Source of the DNA: Octopus sinensis
Taxonomy: Eukaryota
Direction of reading: 5' to 3'
DNA length: 15,645 nucleotides
Assembly (NCBI RefSeq): GCF_006345805.1
Contig: NW_021825404.1
Location: forward strand, 1-15,645
The notes under the pieces are model-generated. The model made no database searches. It saw only the letters and a program-made list of their open reading frames with translations, and had not been told where the DNA came from. How positions within the stretch are numbered: the stretch's first letter is position 1; each line of letters starts with the position of its first letter. The position numbers and the translations under genes are program-made. Below are positions 7,689 through 15,645 of this stretch, in pieces.

Positions 7689-8118
7689 GGCGCAGGAGTA
7701 GCTGTGTGGTAAGTAGCTTGTTAACCAACCATATGGTTCCGGGTTCAGTCCCACTGCGTGGCATCTTGGGCAAGTGTCTTCTGCTATAGCCCCGGGCCGA
7801 CCAATGCCTTGTGAGTGGATTTGGTAGACGGAAACTGAAAGCAGCCTGTCGTGTATATGTATATATATATATATATGTGTGTGTGTGTTTGTGTGTCGGT
7901 GTTTGTCCCCCTAGCATTGCTTGACAACCGATGCTGGTGTGTTTACGTTGCCGTCACTTAGCGGTTCGGCAAAAGAGACCGATAGAATAAGTACTGGGCT
8001 TACAAAGAATAAGTCCCGGGGTCGATTTGCTCGACTAAAGGCGGTGCTCCAGCATGGCCGCAGTCAAATGACTGAAACAAGTAAAAGAGTAAAGAGTAAG
8101 AGTAAGAGTAAAGAGTAT
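7689..8118 (+). mobile_element. SINE family B, full-length: tRNA-like head, CORE-like segment, internal (TA)(TG) microsatellite, GTA(A)nGA tail
   Basis: A-box-like TAGCTGTGTGG at 7699-7709; B-box-like GGGTTCAGTCCC at 7741-7752; CTTGGGCAAGTGTCTT resembles the CORE-SINE motif CCTTGGGCAAGTCACTT; short repeat tail at 8081-8118; three other long copies in the window. Confidence 0.93.
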
Positions 8119-8279
8119 AAGGAGATAATAAAGCCAGTTAAAATAATTCTAGTAATCACGGATATCAATTATACTGAAAAAAAACTGAAACATGCTGAAG
8201 TTACAGAAATTGGTGAAAGCAAAGTTGGAAGGTCCAAAAGTAGTCCTTCCAAAAATTACTTTTCTGAATTTTATTATCA

Positions 8280-8350
8280 TAGGCGCAGGCGTGGCTGTAT
8301 GGTTGAGAAGCTTGTTTCCCAACCGCGGGTTCTTGGGTTTAGTTCTACCC
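8280..8350 (+). mobile_element. Family B-related SINE head fragment
   Basis: TAGGCGCAGGCGTGGCTGTATGGTTGAGAAGCTTGTTTCCCAACCGCGGGTTCTTGGGTTTAGTTCTAC aligns to the 7689 head. Confidence 0.8.
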
Positions 8351-8419
8351 AACCAAATAACGCTTATATAAAACGAATACTATTACATAGAATTTCTTCT
8401 TCTTCTTCTTCTTCTTCTT

Positions 8420-8683
8420 GCTTAGTGGTTAGGGTACTGCACTCAGGATCTAATGACTGTGAATTGAATTCCTAGACCGGATGGTGCGTTATGTGCTTGA
8501 GCAAGACACTTCATCTCATACTGCTCTGCAATCACTGACCCGTGGTACAATGTGCCGCTCTTCAGCCAACGTCGTTGACGGAGAGGGTGAACTAATGTGC
8601 GGCACCGTAAAAAAATAGTTTGTGCTGATTGTTCGGCAAAAGTTGAACGTTCATACGTCATCTTCCACGAGCGAGTCCATCAC
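8420..8683 (+). mobile_element. SINE family C (tRNA-like head, CORE/V-like CTTGAGCAAGACACTT)
   Basis: GCTTAGTGGTTAGGG A-box-like, GAATTGAATTCC decayed B-box, CTTGAGCAAGACACTT, followed by (ATT)n. Single copy in the window. Confidence 0.65.
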
Positions 8684-8710
8684 TATTATTATAATTATTA
8701 TTATTATTAA

Positions 8711-8752
<42 letters not shown>

Positions 8753-8773
8753 CTTTATTATTATTATTATTAA

Positions 8774-8807
<34 letters not shown>
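8684..8807. repeat. (ATT)n microsatellite
   Basis: Direct reading. Confidence 0.97.
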
Positions 8808-9385
8808 GAATGAGAGTACAGCGCATGCCATCAAAGTGACACCGGGGTAGAAATATACGAAACCCAATATAATGTCCATCATGACTACCCGTCTGATATG
8901 GGTACACCAGGCAAATGCATCACAGCCATATATACACGACATAGTGATCTCCTATCAAGATAAACAATTCATGATCTTGAAGATGGGGGCTCAGTTGGAA
9001 TTTTCTTCAAGTTGAGTCGCCCATCCTGCTCAAAAGGTCCTTGAATAATATTTATTTAAGGATGTTGAACGAAACACCTATGTTTCCAGAGGTGTATTAC
9101 TCAAATCCGTAAAAATTCACCTCGGCACATAGCTATCATGCTCCTCCACTACCTCTGCTCGTGATCAGAGATGCACATATCGTCAGTTACTAAGGGACAT
9201 GACCGACGGGTTAAGGTCAAGCAAATGACCAGCAAATCTGCGGTACTGAGCAAAATATTTGCTGTAGTCCATCCTTTACAACAAGACAAAGCATGTTCAT
9301 GATAACACTTCCAGTCAGTTCTTCCAGTCAAGATAACACTTCCAGAAGCCGTGAGAGCCACTGTCTGGTTTTGCATCCGGGCATT
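8808..9385. mobile_element. Unclassified non-coding element of about 580 bp flanked on both sides by (ATT)n
   Basis: Complex sequence sharply bounded by (ATT)n at 8684-8807 and 9386-9412. Resembles a high-copy octopus repeat from memory; not verifiable here. Confidence 0.5.
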
Positions 9386-9516
9386 AATTATTATTATCAT
9401 TATTATTATTATTAACAGTCAAGACGAAGAGCGCAATTCGATAGTCAGATATTTTATTAGTTGAACGATATTTCAACAGTACGTCTGTCTTTGTCAAGTT
9501 CAAAATAAGAAATTAA

Positions 9517-9518
<2 letters not shown>

Positions 9519-9573
<55 letters not shown>
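9519..9573. repeat. (ATT)n, i.e. the (TAA)n tail or target of the adjacent minus-strand LINE
   Basis: Direct reading. Confidence 0.95.
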
Positions 9574-10168
9574 GATCTTCTTTCAATTCTGTTTCCATTT
9601 CTTGCCGAGTGTCTTCCTGACACTTAGGGCAGAGAAATGCTTTGTATACATCAGTAGACAATTAATATAAACACCAGATTGTTCTTTTACAAAATCATGT
9701 GATAGAGAAGAAGGAAGAGAAAGACAGAGAGAGAAATGAAAAATAAAAAAAGTAAATCAAGAAAATAAAGGGTTAAAAACAAAAAAATTCACAGTAACAA
9801 TGCGCTTCTCTGTACGTGTGACGTACCAGTTAAGACAATCTTTTACGCTTCCTGCATGGGTGGTAAGATAGGGATTATTCCTATCTTCAGTTCCTTTTTT
9901 GATCATTCCAAGTACTCGTACAATCACTGATATTGTAACCATCTTGAGATGCCACATCTTTTCGATTTCGATTAGCAAATCTTTGTATATTCTTTTGCCG
10001 AGTCATAGGGTATGCTCATGTCAATCAATAAACAGACTTTATTGTTTTGGTCTTTCACAACAATATCTGGTTTATTTGCTTTGACGGTCTGGTCTGCATA
10101 CACACTGGAAAGTCTCAAAGAATAGTTACATTTTCTCCCTCAGTTACAGACTCAGGGTGGTGCTTGTT
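9574..10168 (-). mobile_element. 3' fragment of an R4/Dong-clade non-LTR retrotransposon (endonuclease region plus 3' UTR)
   Basis: Decayed endonuclease coding sequence at 9789-10168, then about 215 nt of 3' UTR abutting (TAA)n. Confidence 0.85.
9789..10168 (-). pseudogene. Decayed restriction-like endonuclease (PD-(D/E)xK type) C-terminus of an R4/Dong ORF
   Basis: Hand translation across frameshifts: KHHPESVTEGENVTIL*DFP / VYADQTVKANKPDIVVKDQNNKVCLLIDMSIPYD / YKDLLIEIEKMWHLKMVTISVIVRVLGMIKKGTE / KIVLTGTSHVQRSALLL*. Matches the W-D...N(R/K)PDI...IDxxxP...KY...MW...LG...GT pattern of this clade. One in-frame stop (10115-10117) and several frameshifts. Confidence 0.88.
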
Positions 10169-10429
10169 GAAACAGGCACCTATATATCTGTGGCTTTCGG
10201 TTGTCTAAAATTACCTCAAATTTGCAAAATCTAAACGCTATTAACTCCTTATTTATTAATTTATGGCAAAAATGAATTTCATGTCAATAATCATTATACA
10301 AAACTACATTAATACACCAAATATAAAATCAATTAGAACAAAATTGAAGAAATTGAAAAGTGGCAGCCGAACAGAAAAGATCCGAGGAAGAAAAGAAGGC
10401 AGAGGAAATTTTGTTGTAAGTTATAAAAT

Positions 10430-11060
10430 AGGTGAAAGTGAAGACGAGAAGGAGGTGAGGATAAAGAAGGTAGGAGCGTGTACATGAAAGAAGACGTGGA
10501 CGAAGATGTGAAGATGGAGAAAGTGGTTGAGGAAATGATGAAAATGGAAGCACAAAGTAAAGTTGGAGGAAGAAATGAAAGCAAATGTAGAGGAAAACAA
10601 CGTAGTTGTGAAAGAAGAGACGGAAGCGGAGGAGGTGACTGTAGGTGAAGGGACAGTTAAAGGTGTTGGTAGATGTGAAAGTGAAAGTAGAGGAGGAAGT
10701 GGAGTTGAAAGAATGAGTAAAAACAGAGGAAGCAGTGGAGTTGGAGGAAGAAGTGAATGCGGAAATGGGGAGTAACAGATGAAGTTGGGAAACGTAGAGA
10801 TAAAAGGTAGAGGTAAAAGGTGAACATGGAGGAAAAAGGTGAACGTGGACGCGGAGGAAAAAGAACTAGCGAACGTGGAGGAATAGGTGAATGTGGAGGA
10901 AGGTGTAGATTTGACGGAAAGAGGCAAAGTTGTAAGTGAAGGCAGTGTCGTTGGACGGAGAAACAAAGGTGCGGAAGAGGAGGTGGGTGGAAGAAAAGTT
11001 GGCGTTGGGAAATGGTGGAAACAATAAATAAAGGCAAAGAATAACGCAAGGAGAAAAGAA
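10430..11060. repeat. Purine-rich (G/A) low-complexity tract with recurring GTGGAGGAA / GGTGAA(C/T) motifs
   Basis: Strong strand asymmetry and irregular short motif recurrence. Confidence 0.75.
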
Positions 11061-11172
11061 AAGAAGCTTTAAAAATTAGAAAAAAATGAATAAAAAATGT
11101 AACTAAATGAACAACAACAACAATTACATTAGAATACAGAAAACAAAAAACCGTCAATAATAGTAAAAAAAA

Positions 11173-11246
11173 GTGGGGTGTGTGTGTGTGTGTGTGCAAA
11201 ATAATAATGTTAATAATAACGATAGCAGCAAAAACAACTGCAACAA

Positions 11247-11290
<44 letters not shown>

Positions 11291-11308
11291 ACAACAACAA
11301 CAACAATA

Positions 11309-11349
<41 letters not shown>

Positions 11350-11364
11350 AATAATAATAATAAC

Positions 11365-11397
<33 letters not shown>

Positions 11398-11452
11398 AAT
11401 AATAACAACAACAATAATAATAATAATGATAATAATAATAATAATAATAATG

Positions 11453-11509
<57 letters not shown>

Positions 11510-11731
11510 TAATAACAATAACAACAACAACAACAACAATAATAATAATAATAATAATGATAATAATAATAATAATAATGATGATAATAATAATAATAAT
11601 AACGATAATAATAATAATAATAATGATAATAATAATAATAATAATAATACGATAATAATAATAATAATGATAATAACAACAACAACAATAATAATAATAA
11701 TAATAATAATAACAATAACAACAACAACAAC

Positions 11732-11775
<44 letters not shown>

Positions 11776-11811
11776 TAACAACAACAACAACAACACAACA
11801 ACAACAACAAC

Positions 11812-11844
<33 letters not shown>

Positions 11845-11890
11845 TAATATAATAATAATAATGAAGAAGAACAACAATAACAGCAATAAC
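11173..11890. repeat. (GT)n followed by a compound trinucleotide array of about 690 bp (AAC/AGC/GAT/AAT)
   Basis: Direct reading; source of the poly-N/I/L/Y ORFs. Confidence 0.97.
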
Positions 11891-12181
11891 AAGAAGTGCA
11901 ACAAAGAGGAAGATAAAAACGCCAAAGTAAATTAAATTTAATCCCTAGCAGCTTTAGATGGTCCAACTGCTAACTGTTATATATACGGTCACAGACCATT
12001 AACTATGAAAACAAAAGCGGGCAACTGACATCGTGTCCCTGTTTGCAGCTCTATTAGACTCTTCGTCTCCCGGCATTAGAATTCAATTTGATATGCCTCA
12101 TCACATTTTCGTCGTGAGGACGCGGTGGAGGATGGGATGGGGGAAGGTTCGAGAGTGGGAGAAGATGAAGATGTTGGCTGG

Positions 12182-12182
12182 C

Positions 12183-12215
<33 letters not shown>

Positions 12216-12270
12216 GAGTGGAGAGAAAGCGAGTGAGTGAGTAAGGAGAGCGAGTGAGTGAGTGAGTGAA
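12182..12270. repeat. (GAT)n and (GAGT)n microsatellites
   Basis: Direct reading. Confidence 0.9.
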
Positions 12271-12399
12271 TGTGTGTCGGACTGTTAGGTAACGGAGTGT
12301 TTGTTAGTATTGGTTTTGTTAGATACTGGTGGCGATGCTGGTTGGTTGCTTTTTAGTTGTTTTACTTGGTGTTTGTGTTGCTTGTAGCATCATTGATGC

Positions 12400-13850
12400 T
12401 TTTGGTGGCTTTGGCGGTGATGTCGACGATGGTAGTATTGGCGGCGGCGGCGGCGGTGGTGGCGGCGGCGGCGGCGGTGGTGGTGGTGTTGGTGGTGGTG
12501 GCGGCGGCGGCGGTGGTGGTGGTGGTGGTGTTGGCGGCGGTGGCGGTGGTGGTGATGGTATTTGTAGTATTATCGGTGGAGTGAACTGGACTGGGTTCGG
12601 TGGTTATGATGATGCTATGGTGGCGTTGGTGATTGGAGGAAGCGAGTGATGGTAGCGATGATGGTATTGTTGGTGGTGGTGGCGGCGGTGATAGAACTGG
12701 TGGTGATGGAGGCATTGATGGTGGTGGTGGTGATGGTGTTCTTTATAAGATCGGTGGTATGCGTGTGGTGGTAGTGATAATGATGATGGTGGTGACGGAA
12801 GTATTGGTAGTTGTGGTGGTGGTGGTTGTGGCAGTGGTGTTGGTGGTGGTAGTTGTGGTGGTGGTGGTTGTGGCAGTGGTGGTGGTGGTGGTGGCAGTGG
12901 TGGTAGTTGTGGTGTTATTGTGTGGTGGTGGTTGTGGCAGTGGTGGTGGTGGTGGTGGAAGTTGGTAGTGGGGTGGTAGTTGTGGTGTGGGTGTTTGGGC
13001 AGTGGTGTTGTGGTGGTAGTTGTGGTGGTGGTGGTTGTGGCAGTGGTGGTGGTGGTGGTGGCAGTGGTGGTAGTTGTGGTGGTAGTTGTGGTGGTGGTGG
13101 TTGTGGCAGTGGTGGTGGTGGTGGTGGCAGTGGTGGTAGTTGTGGTGGTAGTTGTGGTGGTGGTGGTTGTGGCAGTGGTGGTGGTGGTGGTGGCAGTGGT
13201 GGTAGTTGTGGTGGTGGTGGTTGTGGCAGTGGTGGTGGTCGTGGCAGTGGTGGAAGTTGTGGTGGTGGTGGTTGTGGCAGTGTTGGTAGTTGTGGCAGTG
13301 GTGGTAGTTGTGGTGGTGGTGGTTGTGGCAGTGGTGGTGGTGGTGGTGGTGGTGGTGGTGGTGTAGTTCTTTATAGAACTGAGGGAGTGAATATGTTGTG
13401 GTAGCGATAATGGTTGTGGTGGTTGTGGTGGTGGCGTTAGTGTTGCTTGTAGTAATGGCCTTACTGTTGGTGGTGATGGTAGTAGTGGTGGTAGCGGTGG
13501 TATTGAAAGAGGAGGAAAAGGTGGGCGATGATGGTAGCGGTGGTATAGTTTGAAGTATTGGTTGAGTGGCTGGTGGTAACGATAATGTTGATGGTGGTGG
13601 TGATGATAGCGCTTATGGCGATGAGATACACTAGCGATGTATTGGTGGCCGTGTTGTTCGTAGTATTAGTGGGGTGATGGTAGTGGTATCGACTGTAGTA
13701 ATGGTGAAGTGAGTGGTATTGGTGTAGCATTGGTGACGTAGGTAGTGGTGATGTCGATGGCGATGTTGGGGAAGAAGGCAGAGGTGATGGTAGAGTGGGG
13801 GATGGTGTCGATATTGATGAAGATGATGGCGGTATCACTGGATTAGAGAA
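12400..13850. repeat. Degenerate (GGT/GGC)n array with a 54-66 bp higher-order minisatellite at about 12800-13365
   Basis: TGTGGCAGT recurs at 13036, 13102, 13168 and 13222 (spacing 66, 66, 54). Confidence 0.92.
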
Positions 13851-13904
13851 CTAGAAGTTGTTGGCCATGGCAAGAATTGTGGTTACGACTGTAATATTAC
13901 TGTT

Positions 13905-14090
13905 GTTTAGCTATAGAACGTCCCCGGTCGATCAGAGGCAATCAGGACATGGTCGTCCTATGTTTTTCTTACATACAAAAGACACTGGACTTCATTATCC
14001 AATGTGTCCTTTTCGAAGACGGTGTGGCGTGATTTGAACGTGATTTGAACGAGATTTGGACATTACTTGCAACAGGTCGAACAACAAGAT
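13905..14090. repeat. Unclassified interspersed repeat fragment
   Basis: Complex island within GGT/GAT-rich DNA (CATTATCCAATGTGTCCTTTT...GATTTGG...CAGGTCGA). Resembles a repeat I recall from octopus; contains an 11-bp tandem duplication at 14028-14060. Confidence 0.4.
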
Positions 14091-14404
14091 CTCACAAAGT
14101 TAGCTTATACGATGTCGATGTAGATGAAGATGGTTATAATGAAAACAGTATTACTAGTTTGGTGAAAATGGTGATTGTGTCCATGGTGATTAGTGACAGT
14201 AATATTAATTGTTTGATGGTGGTGATAGTGACCAAGATGGCGGTAATAGTAGGAGGATAAGTAGCTTTATAGAGTGGATGATGACGGAAATGGTGAAAGT
14301 GGTGATAGTGGTGTTGGTGGCATTAATTCCTTACTGAATTGGACGATGGTCAGTCGTACTGGCAGTAGTAAGGATGAAAATGTTAATCGTACTTATTAAT
14401 GGCG

Positions 14405-14525
<121 letters not shown>

Positions 14526-15065
14526 GGTCATAACAGGAATTGGAAGTGGCGATACTATTGATGAAGGTAATGGCTGTGTTGTAGAAATGGCGGCTGGTAT
14601 GTTTGCTGGTGATGGAACTGTGATGGCGGTGTTGTGGGATTGTGAGCTATTAACAAGAGAGGTACACAACTGTCAAACGGTCTCTTTCTCTGTCTTTATA
14701 TGATTATTCTCCCTTTTATTTGGTAGGTTTTCATTCTGTTTTTCTTTTTTCTTTCGATCTTTATCTCTTTCGCTCCATAAATACCTCCATCCCCCCTTTT
14801 GTGTGGGGGTTTGTGTGTGAGTATATACACATACTTGTCAGAGTATTAGAATAAAAGAGATACAGTAGTCAATACGTTGTATATTTATACCTTTAAATCT
14901 CTTTCATTCTTTCTTTCATATTGTTTCTTTCTTTTCCTCTCTCTCACCCTCCATGCGTATACACACACTCACACACACACACATACACACACATTCACAC
15001 AAACACACACATACACACACACACACACACATATATATATAAATAAGCCTATATATGTATAAATG

Positions 15066-15127
15066 AGCAAGCTACTTATCACACAGCCACTTCTGCGTAG
15101 AAATGGCTGTGTGATAAGTAGCTTGCT
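15066..15127. repeat. 62-bp near-perfect palindrome (inverted duplication of the SINE B 5' end)
   Basis: 15066-15089 AGCAAGCTACTTATCACACAGCCA is the exact reverse complement of 15104-15127. Centred on 15096/15097 with only two mismatched pairs in 31. Confidence 0.95.
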
Positions 15128-15449
15128 TACCAACCACATGGTTCTGGGTTCAGTCCCACTACATGGCACCTTGGGCGAGTGTCTTCTTCTATAGCCTCAG
15201 GCCGACCAAAGCCTTGTGAGTGGATTTGGTAGACGGAAACTGAAAGAAGCCCGTCGTATATATGTGTGTATGTGTCAGTGTATATGTTTGTGTGTTTGTG
15301 CTTGTCCCCCACCATCGCTTGACAACCAATGCGAATGAGACCGATAAAATAAGTACTAGGCTTACAAAGAATAAGTCCTGGGGCCCATTTGTTCGACTAA
15401 AGGCTCCAGCATGGCTGCAGTCAAATGACTGAAACAAATAAAAGAAAAT
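15097..15449 (+). mobile_element. SINE family B with small internal deletions
   Basis: Colinear with 7689-8118; about 45 nt missing after GACAACCAATGC. Confidence 0.93.
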
Positions 15450-15469
15450 ATAAATATATATATATAGCG

Positions 15470-15470
15470 A

Positions 15471-15539
<69 letters not shown>

Positions 15540-15568
15540 CCTACCTATCTATCTATCTATCTATCTAC
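15470..15568. repeat. (ATCT)n microsatellite
   Basis: Direct reading. Confidence 0.97.
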
Positions 15569-15645
15569 ACAATGGACGGACGCTAGTCATATCGGCTCCG
15601 CGTAAGTTGGCCACTTTTACATGTTTAAAACTCCTTGTTGTCAAT

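Noticed and set aside
7921-8475. 184-aa plus-strand ORF
   Set aside because: It runs through a SINE B 3' half, its tail, a SINE head, a (TCT)n repeat and SINE C, so it is a chance read-through.
10657-11966. Long ORFs of 422 aa and 270 aa on the minus strand
   Set aside because: They are translations of (ATT/GTT/CAT) repeats giving poly-L/I/Y/V; these repeats lack stops in some frames and there is no domain content.
12181-12214. CTGATGA hammerhead core match
   Set aside because: It is the start of a (GAT)n microsatellite, with no helices or GAAA.

Overview
Eukaryotic, AT-rich, non-genic DNA made mostly of interspersed repeats and microsatellites. The repeat families look like those I recall from octopus genomes; this is inference from memory, not a database hit. 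I find no credible intact protein-coding gene, and nearly all listed ORFs are read-throughs of microsatellites. Contents: (1) a probable Helitron-like 3' end at the left edge; (2) about 9 copies or fragments of tRNA-derived SINE family A, including head-to-tail clusters and 183-184 bp internal tandem arrays; (3) four large copies plus fragments of a CORE-like SINE family B, one with a 62-bp palindrome centred on its 5' end; (4) one copy of a third SINE, family C; (5) a decayed 3' fragment of an R4/Dong-type non-LTR retrotransposon (restriction-like endonuclease domain) ending in (TAA)n; (6) long AAT/AAC, GGT/GGC, GA, TA, CA and ATCT simple repeats. The most interesting signal is at 4178-4517: a near-complete minimal type I hammerhead ribozyme fold (4466-4513) and a second, damaged hammerhead-like core (4209-4241) on the same strand. 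Their predicted cleavage sites are 265 nt apart and the upstream one lies within an 18-bp inverted repeat, suggesting a Penelope-like or retrozyme-like element.
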